Assembly (NCBI GenBank): GCA_008632985.1
Contig: QPGO01000090.1
Span: forward strand, 62,001-126,000
Source of the DNA: Psammoneis japonica
Lineage: Eukaryota
Length of the DNA stretch: 64,000 nt
Direction: 5' to 3'
A model generated the notes under the pieces. It had not been told where the DNA came from and ran no database searches. It saw nothing but the letters and a program-made list of their open reading frames with translations. Shown here in pieces: positions 14,101 through 26,049 of the stretch (position 1 is the stretch's first letter; the number at the start of each line of letters is the position of its first letter). A program made the translations under genes and the position numbers.

Positions 14101-15567
14101 GACAGGGGGTTCCTTGAAGCACAAACATTTTTGTAAAAAAAAATTGTTGTTCACCACAGTTAAAAGAGCAAAGTTTTGAACAACCAGCCATCTTTGATGG
14201 CGCAAAAATTGCACCTGTGAAAGGGGAAATTTTGCCATGAGATGGGTGCCCTTTGAGGCAATGTGCCATCTGATGTGGCTTCCATTGAGAAAGTTGGCAG
14301 TCCAAAAAATTGCTCATGCTGCCCACCAGCCACCAGCTCAGGCTTGCTTTGAGCCTGATCCTCCAAAGGAAGCCTCCCACTGGCCAGCGCTTGCTGCTTA
14401 AGAAGACCAGGGGCAGGAGAGTGATGCGTGAACCACTTTTTGAGCATCATGTCAGCATGGGCCCAGACTTCTCAGGTGACTCTGAGGTGGATCTGTTGCC
14501 TCCAAAGATCCCAAAGCTGTCAGATGCCACCATGGCTGCTCTGTCATCAAGCACATCAGCAATGTTTCTCTTTGCTCACAGCCCAAGCTTTGAACCAAAT
14601 TTGCCCCCTGCAGCACTGAGCCCAACTTCTTGGAGTTGGTGCCTGCTGCTGCAAGATGTGCCAAGCTTTTTGTGCATTTTTCAGAGGAAGCATTGACAAA
14701 AGATTTTTCTGAGTGTTGCCAGCAAGAGAGAGCACCTCATTTCTTGTTGCTTTTCCCATTTTTTCAAAGAACAAGAGCAGCAGCAGCCAACCAGCAACTG
14801 ACAGCAGCCACGTGCACTGATTTGCAATTCTTCAAACATTGTGGCTGTGCTGTGCTGTGCTGTGCTGTGCCATCATGCTCTGCCACACAAGAACCCAGCT
14901 TCAAATGACAGAACAAGAAGGTGCTCATTGGGGACCTTGGATTGAAGTGGCAATGTGGACAAAGTGCTGGGTGCACAAGAGCAAACCTTGGAGATCTCAA
15001 GCACAGCTGAGGCATCCTTGAAAGTCTTGGCTTGGCTGTGGCACTCAATTGTTTCGGTGGTGTAAACAACTGCAATGGTTGGAGGGGCTTCAATGGGTGG
15101 AAGGGTCGTTTCACCTTGTCAAACTGGTGCACTGAGGATGTTCATGCATGGGTGACTGCTTTGGACCACACAACTGCTGGAACAGAGAGCAGCTGCTGAG
15201 GTGACACAGGGTGAAAAGGTGCAGGGAATGATGTGGCACAGTGCAAAAAGGTGCAGCGAACAATGTGGAGAGCTGCCGGCTGCAACCAGAATGGTGTGCC
15301 ACCAACACAGATGCTCTGTCAGCACCAGTGTCCTGCTCTTTGCAACATGCAAAAGGTGAGCTGATGACACTGTCAGCATCCTTTCCAGAGAAGCCGTGGT
15401 GTTTGTTTGTGGTTGTCCAAGTGCAAAATGAGCAAGCTTTCTTGAGCAAAAGATTTGGGCTGAACTCAATTTTCCATGAATTTTTGTGCTGTGCATTTGC
15501 AGTCAGGCAGCTCCAGTTGCACTGAGAAAGCTCTTCATGAAATCAAACCAGTGCATTCTTGTTAGCT

Positions 15568-15945
15568 TCAAACAGTTGCAGGCTGCTGAGTGACCAACAA
15601 TCTTGTCTTGTGCAACTCTGTGAGGATCTCAGGTGTCACATCATGTTCTAAATTGTTTGCAAGCAAGACAGGCAAGTCATCAAACAACCAATGCCAGCCA
15701 TTGGACCCATCGAGTGTGTCCATGACAGGTGTTGCTCCCATGTTCAGGGCTTCCCAAGTGCGGCAGCAATCATGTGCACAACCAGATGGGGACAGAATGA
15801 ACTTAGATTGTCTTGATTCTTCAAAGCAGTTGTCCTCAGCTCCCATCTTGCAAGCATTCTTGACACACAGACCATCAAACTTCTTCAACACAGACTTTGT
15901 GGTGCTCAACTGATTGTCAAGCTCTTGGCAGTTAATCAACCACAA
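15568..15945 (-). pseudogene. Exostosin/GT47-like glycosyltransferase C-terminal remnant
   Basis: SKFILSPSG..HDCCRTWEALNMGATPV...LFDDLPVLL matches the family pattern SKFxLSPxGxGxDCYRxWEALxxGxIPV..LPVL, with Tyr converted to Cys. Confidence 0.7.
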
Positions 15946-16398
15946 GAAGCTGTGCTCTGTTTGGAGACCAAGGCTGCTTCAAATGCCCCCATTCCTTGCT
16001 CCTGGTGGCAGAACATGCACTGCGCCATCTGTTTGCACAATGTGCACTTGCTCTTTGTCACAACAGCCACACTGCAACATTTGTCAAGCATGTCATGCTG
16101 CATCCCCCACCTGTTGTGAGTTTCAAAGAGGAGCCAAAGGTGCGCCACTGGGGGCAATGTTGACAAAATGGCCAACAACTGCTGAGCCTCTCTTGAAGGA
16201 TCAGATGAGTGCGGCACCACACTTGCACTGAAAAAGCAGGGGAAGAAGCTGGAGAGGAGCAGTGCCATGACCCAAGCAACCTTGAAGGGCATGACATGGG
16301 CCAGCTGGCTTTTGGAAAAAAGATGATGCAAAGGCTGCAAGGAGGGTTTGGAGATGATGGCATGTTTGCCATGAGATCCATCATTTGGCCACATTTAA

Positions 16399-16920
16399 CA
16401 CGGGATCCACGGATGCACCAGGGGAATCTGCGAAACGCGGGATGAAAGGGGAAAGGGGCAAATGTGAATGGTGGAAAAGTGACATGCTGCTGTTTTACCT
16501 GGAGGGACCCTTTGGTCAGCCAAACACGCTTGTTGCCGATTTGACCTCGCAGGTCGTCTTTTGAGGTCGTTAATTTGAGAGAGCAGACGCGGTCTCTAGA
16601 AACAATTTTGTGCATTTCATCAGACCATTGACATTGTGCAAATCTGAAAACGACACACATGAAAAAGTGAATTTTCAACTTTGTGTGACCTTCACAGCCG
16701 TGCACATTGTGCAACGATCAATCCTCAAGACGCGTCCCGTCACAACATTTTGACACCCCCCACAAGACGGACCTGTGATGGTCAGATGAGAAATGTGCGT
16801 GTGTTCGGCTCACTGAAGGGACCCTTGAGGCACAATGACAGCCCCTCACTTTCCCACCATTCCCATTTGCCCCTTTCCCCTTTCATCCCACAATTCCCGG
16901 GTGCACCCATGGATCCCATG
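16399..16920. mobile_element. TTAA-flanked MITE with long imperfect TIRs (piggyBac-like)
   Basis: TTAA|CACGGGATCCACGGATGCACC ... GGTGCACCCATGGATCCCATG|TTAA. Arms stay complementary for well over 100 bp (GGGATGAAAGGGGAAAGGGGCAAATG). Confidence 0.8.
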
Positions 16921-18215
16921 TTAAAGCTGCACATCTGGAGTGGTGGTCTTTGTGCAACTTTCCAGCACTGCAGTGGAGAGAGATTTTTCTCAGCAACTGA
17001 GCACATTGTCAAGACAGCTCAGCAAAACACTTTGCACAATGGCATTTTTGTGGCATCATTTTTCTTGTTTGTGCAAGGGATGTGATGCAGCAGTGAAAGG
17101 CAATGGAGAAGCATCTTAAGTTGCACAGAGCATGTGTGAGGTGTGTTTTCTGCCTTTGTTTTGTTGCAGCAAAGCATGATTGCAGTGAGCCTGGTGCTGC
17201 ACCACACGCATCCTGCACAGTGTGCATTTTCTCTGTGCAATTGTGCACTCCATGACTGCAGATCCCTGCACTGCATGCTGTGCATTGAGCCTGTCCCTGG
17301 GAGCAGAAACAAGCCAAGGACAAAGTTTTCAACTCATGCACCATGCGACATCTCAGAGTGGGGGGATGTGAGAGTGTGTGTGGTGGCTGGTGCTCACCAC
17401 AGACAGCTTGGACACCACATTTTGACATGCAAGCACAAACCCATCATGCAGGTTCCACTCGTGTGACTCTGTGTGACATGGTGCAACAATCTGCAAGATC
17501 CATCATCCCAGCTGGTTGAGCATGCAGCCAGAAATGAAAGACACAATGACTGCACAAGAGCAGGCCCTCTGCTCTTGCTGGCTGCAGCAGCCAGGCTGCA
17601 ACTGGAGCTGCACTCTGGAGTTTTTGAGCAGATTTCCAAGCAACTGGCACTGCACCTCCTCACCCAAGTTGAAGCTCATTTTTTGGAGGGAAAACAAAAA
17701 GTGCAAGGATTGTCATGTGTCAGGTTGCTCAACAACGATGCTCACAGCAGCTTCTTGAAAATCCTTGGCTTTTAGAGCTGCAACCTGTGCCCACCTTCCT
17801 CACCCACCTGTGAAGCTCCCTGAGTGCCAAGGTGCACAAACCCACCATGATGCCTGATGTCCAAAAAATTGCTTGCATCAAAACATGTGCATCAGCTGTT
17901 CTCGTGGACTCTTGCACTCACAATCAATGGATGCCAGCAGACCTGTGGGCAGAGCACTGCAATGCAAAATTCAACATCCAATGAAAAGGGAGCCCAAATC
18001 ATGGGCAGAAAGATGAAAAATGTGTGTGGCGGTGTCAACAGCATTTAAAATTTGATGGAAAAGAACAGCGTCACAATGTTGCCCATGGCAAGGGTGGGTT
18101 GTTGGGGGCTGCAGTGTGAGAATGCAGCTCATGGGAATGGTGTCTGAACAAAGCTGTGTGCAGTGGATGAGGTGTGTTTTGCCAGCTCAAAAAGACATGT
18201 TCATCAACTCACATG

Positions 18216-18427
18216 NNNNNNNNNNNNNNNNNNNNNNNNNNNNNNNNNNNNNNNNNNNNNNNNNNNNNNNNNNNNNNNNNNNNNNNNNNNNNNNNNNNNN
18301 NNNNNNNNNNNNNNNNNNNNNNNNNNNNNNNNNNNNNNNNNNNNNNNNNNNNNNNNNNNNNNNNNNNNNNNNNNNNNNNNNNNNNNNNNNNNNNNNNNNN
18401 NNNNNNNNNNNNNNNNNNNNNNNNNNN
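18216..18427. other. Assembly gap (N run)
   Basis: 212 N. Confidence 1.
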
Positions 18428-18579
18428 GGGAAGATGGCCAGACAAAAAGGGGTGTGTGAAAGATTGTCCTGTCCAAGCCACACACAATTGAGTGTCTGCC
18501 TCCTGCTGCCCTCTGAAACATTCCAATGAAGTCATGCAAACTGCAGTGTGAGAAATCAATTCATGGGAACAACATCAGC

Positions 18580-19660
18580 CTGCAGTTGACTGTGGAGCAC
18601 AGTGATGCCTGCATTGGTTTTGATGCTCAAAAGAAGAAGAAGAAGAAGAAGCACACAAAAAGTGACCACAAAGATGGCCAGGACATGGTGGTGAACAACA
18701 TCAATGAGTGGCCTCAACTCTTGCTTTTCAGGCAAAGTTGTTTCTCCTCAAGACTCTCTGCTGTCTTCTGTTTCATGATGTGCAATCTGCACTCCCAACA
18801 TGATGCAATGGCCTCACAGCCAGCAACTTCCCGGAGCTTGCAAAGTGCAAAAGCCCTCCACATTCTTTGCCCTTCACAGCTTCACACACTCATTGGTGCA
18901 AAATTTCCCACATGCAATGTGGAGGAAGTCAATGAGTTGTGCCTGTTTCAAGACAAAATGCATCAAGAGCTTGTCTTTTGAACCCAAAAATGGACACATG
19001 CTCAAGGGTGTTGTTTTGGAAGCCCCTCTGGGTTTGCCTGTTTGCTTCCCACTGTTGCACCAAGGACTCCACTGTCCTGGTTCATGCCCTCTTTCAGACA
19101 TTTCATGGCACATTTCAGGCCAGCTCCTTGCTGTGAGATTTGGAAGTGGGTGGGTTGGCAGCATTTGAGAATGGGGACTTTTGGAGTTGTGGCTGCAATC
19201 CTGTCACTCTGTGAGCTCTGTTGCTCCACGACATGCAACAAGAGCTTTTCCCAAGAATGGCACACTGAGTTCAAATGGAAAAGGCAGCTTGGCAGATTTT
19301 TCCTGAATTTTGTGCAAAGCATTGGTGATCTCACATCATGTGATGTGCACAAAGCCCGCCTTTTGCTTTGATGCTCCATCTGAAAAAAGACGCTGACACT
19401 GGCTGCACCAAATTGGCTGCATCAGCATCCACAGGCATGACTCAAATTTTTTTGTCAGCTCATCAACCTTGGCTTGGACTTTCTGCCAAGTTGCCAAGTT
19501 TTTCTGTGCTGCTTCTTGCGCTCCTTGTTCCAGCCCTTCAGCTGGCCCTCTCTGGAGCACCGTCAAACAACCTTGCATCTCACACACTTCTTCAGATCCT
19601 TTGGCAAAGATGAGAAGCATGGAAAGTTGCTGCAATTTTGAAAGCTCACATTGCTGCTGC
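18580..19660. pseudogene. Hypermutated paralogous copy of 6510-8550 (F-box-like 5' part and MYND 3' end), lacking about 7170-8145
   Basis: Collinear matches such as GACTGTGGAGCACAGTGATGCC vs GACTGCGGAGCACAGTGATACC, and CCTTGCATCTCACACACTTCTTCAGATCC vs CCTTGCATCTCCCGCACTTCTTCAGATCC. Confidence 0.85.
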
Positions 19661-20584
19661 GCTCAAGCCAGTGCCATGGACAGCAAACACCTTTTCACCA
19701 CCGCCAGCTCTCTTGAGCAAGAGGACAAGGGGAGGCACTTGTGGTCTTGCGGCATCCTCTCATGCTGGCGCTGGTGCTCCTCCTGGCAGCGGGTGAGCTC
19801 CTCCTCCTCCTCCTTGTCCTCCACCCTCATTGCAGCACACACACACAAAAGCCAGGGGAAAAAGATGCACAAAGCTGTTTTCTTGTTGCAGAGCCGGCTC
19901 CAGTGAGAGTGGAAAACTTGTTGTGGCTGCTGTGAGTGGGGAGGAGCAGCAGCACTCATTTGTCTTCTCAGTGAGTTTGGCTCTTGTCAAAGAGCAAAGC
20001 ATTTTCCAGTGGGCAATGGGTGCAGATGGGTTGGTTGGAGGAAGTTTTGAAATGAAGAGGGGTGCAGGGGGCTTTGAAATGGAAGGGAAAAGGGGGTTGT
20101 CCAACGCACAATGCGATCTTGTTGACAGCAGGTCACGTGTTTCTTGGAAGAGGATTCTCGTTGCTGCTTTTTTTTTTGACAATCAGCAGTGCTCCAGCAG
20201 AGATTGTGGCTGCTGTGGACTGAGTGATGCAACTGCAGTTTCCAGCCAGAGGCCCCACATCATCATGTCATTTTGTTCATTTGCGCTCGATTGCACGCAC
20301 CTCAGGCACCTGGCTGGAGTCGTCAACTCCTCGTGCGCGTCAGTGGACGCATCACAACTTGAAGTTTGTCATGAACCCTCGACAGCTTCAGCCGACGCAG
20401 AACATCTTTCGTGGATTCTTTTGAACAAAAAGAAGAAACCAAGCACACAACGCATGTGCGAGCATTGCCGGCATCGCCGCTGCTGTCACCAAGCTGAGAT
20501 GACCGATGCCAAGCACAAGGCCGCTGTTGATTGTGCCCGCAAGGACGTTGAGGGGATGTTTGAGAACTCAAATCTGCAAGATGA

Positions 20585-23411
20585 GGCACGTTCCCACCCT
20601 GACAATTTCGGCCGTAAAACAAACACAATTTCGTTCTACACAAAATTGCTGTAGAAACTCTCGTACAAGAAAAATCGCACGTCTGTTTTCCATCCGCCAA
20701 TTTAGGCACGTTCCCACCCCGATAATTTCGGCCGTAAAATAAATGTAATTTCGTTCTACACAAAATTCCTGTAGAAACTCTCGTACAAGAAAAATCGCAC
20801 GTCTGTTTTCCATCCGCCAATTTACAGCCGAAATTATCAGCAAATTACGACGACAGGTGTCGGTCGTCGTAAATTCTCTCCCGTAAATATAATTTTCACG
20901 GTAAATTCGGCGTTTTGGGAGCTCGAACGTGCCACGTCACACAAGCCGCCCATTTTTTTCTTTCTCCGCTCCGCCCGATCGCACAACAACCATGATGGCT
21001 GCTGCCATGAACGGACCCGTTCATACACGAACGACCGTCCTGTCTACGAAGGTAAGAATGTAGAGACAGGTCAATAAGACTACGCTCGATACGATCAAGC
21101 TGTCACAATTTTGATTTTTCGTTGTTGTTATGGCTTATGACGACCGTGTCGACTAATGGTATTTTTGATGTCTTCGTTTCTCTTGTTCAGATTTCGCGTT
21201 GGGATTCTTCACAAACCATACGTCTACAGACTTGAGGCCGAATCCTCGTAGCAATATATTATGATCTGATGTTACATTGAGGTGGTTCTTTGGTGTGTGC
21301 TCAAGGTTACTTGATTGACGGTCAAGAGTCAAGAATGCAATATTTTGGTCACTTCAACAACAACAGGAAGGCTTGTTGTGATAGAATATGACTATGAAGA
21401 AGGCTGTGTGCACTTATTTCATCAATCTTGTCGGAAGTTAGGACAATGATGCCGGTGGGGGTCAATGTTTTGCGCAACATCGTCGGCATTGTGCCTCACA
21501 GTGCCTTACTCTACTGTCTGGAGGCCTTCTCTGCGACTTGCTCTTTGTTACTTTGCTCTTTGAAATGGATTTAGGCCAATGGTGAACTGCAAGAGTTGAC
21601 AATGGTGCCTTTTAGTACCTCACATTCTGTAGAAATTACATTTAGTAGTTTTACATGCTGTAGTCTCACTGCATGCCATTGTTTCGTGCGTCTTTCTGAT
21701 CTCTCTGCAACTCTTGCTAGTGGATTGAATGTTGGATATATTTCTTCTGACCTTCACTGGTGTTATCCTGAGTCTTGGGTTACCGTAGAGCAATCGCAAA
21801 ATGGACAACGATTGTCGCTGACAATGTTGTGGTGTCTCTCTAGCTAGCAGCTCTAGCCAGTGCTGTAGTAGCAGTGTAAACAGTGCTGTGGCGTGTAGCG
21901 TCCTCACCGAGCTCGACATGAGATTTTGATCTTTTTTACCGATCGAATTCGTTCCCAGCCTGACGCCCGTAAATACGTAAATTTGGCCAAATTATATTTA
22001 TTTTACGGCCGAAATTGTCAGGGTGGGAACGTGCCTTACAGCCGAAGTTGTCAGCAAATTACGACGACAGGTGTCGGTCGTCGTAAATTCTCTCCCGTAA
22101 ATATAATTTTCACGGTAAATTCGGCGTTTTGGGAGCTCGAACGTGCCACGTCACAAGTTCCCCATTTTCTTTCTCCGCGCCGATGTTCGCACAACAACCA
22201 TGATGGCTGCTGCCACAAACGGACACGTTCGTGCACGAACGACTGTCCTGTCTACGAAGGCAAGAAGGTGGAGACAGGTCAACAAGACTGCGCTTGACAC
22301 GATCAAGTTGTCAGAATTTTGATTTTGCGTTGTTGTTGCAGCCTGTGACGACCGTGTCGACTGACGGCATTTTTGATGTCTTCGTTTCTCTTGTTCAGAT
22401 TTCGCCTTGGGATTCTTCACATGCCACATGTCGATCGACTTGATGCCAAAACGAAATGGAAACACATGGTTTGATGTTGCGGCGACGCGGCTCTTTGATG
22501 TGTGTTCCGGGTTGTCCACTTCTGGGGCTTCGATTTGATTGAGGGTCAAGACCACACAAGGTTTGGGCATCGACGAAAAGAAGGCTCATGCTCCGTTGTA
22601 ATCGAACATGGTGGTGAACAAGGCCACGCGCACTTTTTTCATTGCTCTTGTCACAAGTTGGCACAACAAGACTGGCGGGGGTCAACTTTTTGCACAGCAG
22701 CTTCGGCAACGTGCCGTGCAGCACCTCGCTCTGTTGTTTGTTCTGTTTTCGTGATGCACCCAGATCACTTTGAAGCCATGGGGTTTGATCTTACATTTGC
22801 ATCAGTGTTTTTGCAATTGCATTGGAGTTTCAATGCTTGGTCTCGCCCTGCATCCTGTGACTCGGGGCTTCTCTGCTCGGTTGCCCCGCCGGTGCGGCGC
22901 ACAAAGTTTCTTTTTGCTCCGGGCTTTCCCATCGCCACTGCATTGCCCTGACCTTTGTCCAATGGAATTGCAGCAAAGGAGCGCCGTTGGACAACGTCGC
23001 GGTTGCCTTTTAGAAGCTGGGATGAAGTGCAACTTACACTGTGGCAGTGCTCCTGTCAACGTGACTGCGTGCCGCTGCAAAAAGAAAACACATTCGTCGT
23101 GCTTTTCTCTCTGCACTTTCACTTGACAGTGGATTGGATGCTTTTCTTCTGATCTTCACCAGTGCAATCATGAGTCTCAAGTGTGGGGCAATCGCAAAAT
23201 GGACAACGACTGTCACTGACAAGGTTCGTGCGTTCGATGCCTGTCCCACCAGTGGAGCTGTTAGCAGCAGCGTTCTCACCGAGCTCGAGATGTGATTTTG
23301 ATCTTTTTCATGTACGGTTCGAATTCATTCCCAGCCTGACGCCCGTAAACACGTAAATTTGGCCAAATTGTGTTTATTTTACGGGCGAAATTATCAGGGT
23401 GGGAACGTGCC
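20585..23411. mobile_element. PIF/Harbinger-type non-autonomous element (outer copy, about 1.49 kb of own sequence)
   Basis: TIR GGCACGTTCCCACCC.GA.AATTTCG..CGTAAAA at both ends. 3-bp TSD is TGA on the left (mutated) and TAA on the right. Confidence 0.88.
20705..22035. mobile_element. PIF/Harbinger-type non-autonomous element (inner copy nested in a relative)
   Basis: Same TIRs with a perfect TTA TSD (20702-20704, 22036-22038). The outer element resumes at CAGCCGAA after it. Confidence 0.92.
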
Positions 23412-24994
23412 TAAGTCTGACGAATTCCCGAAATTTACCAAGCAAGAGCTCAAACTCGGAAAGATCCTTGGCAAGGATGGCGTTTTCACCGTAAACGAGG
23501 TACGCGCCTTTTTGGTGGGAGGGGTCAAACAGGAAAAAACCAAAAGGGGCAAGGAGGATGAGCAAGTGACGGATGGTGAGAGGGAAGGTCGCGATTTCAT
23601 TGCGAAACACTGCCTTCGTACGGTGGCAATGCACGTTCTTATGCTGTCAAGTACCTTGCAAAGGACAGGATCGGAGACGACCTGGGTTTGTACATTCAGG
23701 TCATCAAGGACCTAGCTATCGAAACGCGTTTCTTATCAAGCATTGTACATCCTAACATTATCAAGTTGAGAGCCACGTCGAATCTAGATCGCTTTGAAAA
23801 AGATTACTTCATCGTGATGGATAAGCTTTATGATACCTTGGACAAGCGTCTTGCCAAGTGGCAAAAGATCAACAAGGGAACCCAAGGCTTGGTTGGAAAG
23901 CTTGCACATCGAAACGGGAAAAAGGCGATCAAACTCATGCAGGATCGACTTGTTGCTGCTTTTGACCTCAGTGCCGCAATCGAGCATCTACACGAGCACA
24001 GGTGATGTATCTGAGAATTGAGTGCCTTCACATTCTGCTGCCCGCTACTAGCTAGTAGCCCCCTCTAACCTGCTTCTTATTCCACCTATTATATTTGACT
24101 GCGCAGAATAATTTACCGTGACATTAAGCCAGAAAACGTCGGTTTTGATGTGAGAGGCGACATTAAGGTTTTCGATTTTGGCCTTGCCAAAGAGATTCAT
24201 CCTGAAATGAGGGTGAGAACAGCGACACATACAAGTTGACGGGTTACACCGGTTCCATTCGATACATGGCTCCTGAGGTAGCCCTCTGCAAGCCTTACAA
24301 TTTTGTGGTGGATACCTACAGCTTCTCTATTCTGCTATGGGAAATTTTGGCCTTGGAAAAACCTTTTGCTGCATACTTGATGTCGAGCTTTGCTACCAAG
24401 GTGCACAATGGAGGAAAGAGGCCCTTCATCAAGGAGGAGTGGCCTGTGCCCATCAAGAATCTCCTCGCAAATGGTTGGTCAGAGGACATTTCGGAACGTC
24501 CTCAAATGGGGGATGTTACCCAGATTCTCAAGAGTGAACTTGTCCGTGTGCATTTCGGTGAAGACACGGGACAACTTGAACACGAACGCAGGCGCTCAAC
24601 CTTTGTCTTTGAAAAGGGACAGTGAGTATCCTTTTCTGAACGCTTTCTAACTGCATTTCAGAGTTTTGTGTATGTACACCCCTATTCCTAGGAGAAAAGC
24701 CTTTCGAATCAATCACTGCGGCTTGGTTTACACATCGAGGGTGCTACACGACTTCAGCCAAGTAGATGGGTTTCCTTTGCATTTTTTCAATCCGTTATAT
24801 TTTCACATGTACGTGTACTCCAAATCCATGTTAGTTACAAAAGTAACCGAGATTTCTTCTCTTTCTATTTATGTATCTTTGCATGCCTATTGCTTCTCTG
24901 CAAAAGTCTTTCAAAACACACAGTCGCTTGGTTTGTATTACGATAGCGAGCGACACACTCTTTGTCTCTTACCACAACAAAAGACTTGTGTTAC

Positions 24995-25867
24995 TCAAAA
25001 CAACTTGGGAAGCAACATTCCGGTCTGTTTCTTCCACTCGTTGTATTCTGGATACCGCGACAGAGACTTTTCCTTGGTTGGTATGGTAACGAGGCAGGAA
25101 ACCGTCACAAGATACGCAATGGGGACCCACGAAAGGGGTTTCTTGTACCCCGCCACGACAATCATGGCCAACCACATTAGATATTCACCCAAATAGCTTG
25201 GATGACGGATCCGTGAGAAGAATCCTTCCGTAATGAGACCAGAACCGGCGTATTTTAACGTGAAGAACTTTTGTGCATCCGCCGCATAATGAAAGAATCC
25301 GCCAATGACAAACAGAAAGGATGATAGAAAGGTCTCGTACACGGTCAGGGGTTCTTCGTTCTTGACGGCAAGGTAGGGGTACAAAAAGTACAACGACACA
25401 AAGGCAGCACCCGTCAAGACGAAACCCAATCCACCTTGATTATCAGGTGCATTGTAAAATTGCTTGTCCCAAAAGATGTACGACTTGATCACCCAAAGCA
25501 CACCGTATCCCCCAAACATGCCAGCCATGAGACCGGCACGTGGTGTGTACGAATCAAAAGCCACCATGAGACCGAGGGCTAACGGAAGCCAAACCGCCTT
25601 GTGAAATTCAAGCATGCGTCCTACAGAGTATTTTCCATGAGGCAGCACGGCCTTGCCCATGGGGTCTTGTTTAAGACGACGACCAAACGCACCACCGCGA
25701 GGCACCAGTGTCACACGAACCGATGATGATTCTTTTTCTCCATGGAGTGAAAATGATGCCAATTGAGAGAGCGGCTGTGTTGGAGACATTCGGGCTGCCA
25801 CAGAATCATGAATGCAATAAAATGTCAGCAGCGCCACGATGGACGAAAGGAATGGATGACTCCTCAT
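24995..25867 (-). CDS. DUF1295 / steroid 5-alpha-reductase-like membrane protein with signal peptide
   Basis: ADAQKFFTLK..GLITEGFFSRIRHPSYLGEYL, KEKSLSRYPEY..WKKQT and several hydrophobic segments. Likely start MRSHPFLSSIVALL. Confidence 0.85.
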   Translation of the reverse strand: MRSHPFLSSIVALLTFYCIHDSVAARMSPTQPLSQLASFSLHGEKESSSVRVTLVPRGGAFGRRLKQDPMGKAVLPHGKYSVGRMLEFHKAVWLPLALGLMVAFDSYTPRAGLMAGMFGGYGVLWVIKSYIFWDKQFYNAPDNQGGLGFVLTGAAFVSLYFLYPYLAVKNEEPLTVYETFLSSFLFVIGGFFHYAADAQKFFTLKYAGSGLITEGFFSRIRHPSYLGEYLMWLAMIVVAGYKKPLSWVPIAYLVTVSCLVTIPTKEKSLSRYPEYNEWKKQTGMLLPKLF

Positions 25868-26049
25868 GGTTTCCACGCAGTTCGATTGTTGTGTGTTGTG
25901 TGTCACTGTGTCACGCTTTCGAAAAGAGGAGAAGATCGCAAAGTCAAAAGATTCAAGATCGGAGCGAGATCGGACATCGGGTGTGCGCATGCATAGCTAT
26001 GCTCGCGTTCGTTTGTGTGCAGATGATGAACGGATGAATAACAGACGAA

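Larger units (their letters stand above)
9870..20584. other. Hypermutated block 1 (CpG- and TpA-erased): decayed repeats and dead genes
   Basis: TA and CG are nearly absent and TG/CA is in excess. All-frame ORFs lack Tyr and are rich in Cys and His. Confidence 0.9.
20499..24625 (+). pseudogene. Ser/Thr (TKL-like) protein kinase gene interrupted by nested MITEs and frameshifts
   Basis: Removing 20585-23411 and one TSD copy restores ...NLQDKSDEFPKFTKQELKLGKILGK. Then YAVK, HPNIIKL, an intron (about 24002-24106), [25 protein letters not shown] and DTYSF. Frameshifts near 23620 and 24210. Confidence 0.88.

Noticed and set aside
18116..18559. ORFs spanning the N run
   Set aside because: Artefacts of the assembly gap.
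10000..20500. Many overlapping Cys/His-rich ORFs in all six frames (also 26-29 kb and 36-64 kb) as novel metal-binding proteins
   Set aside because: They are a by-product of TA loss, which removes TAA/TAG stops and enriches TGY/CAY codons.
20585..20824. 120-bp direct repeat pair as a CRISPR array or satellite
   Set aside because: Explained by a MITE inserted into the left end of a relative, with a TTA TSD. There are no spacers and the context is eukaryotic.
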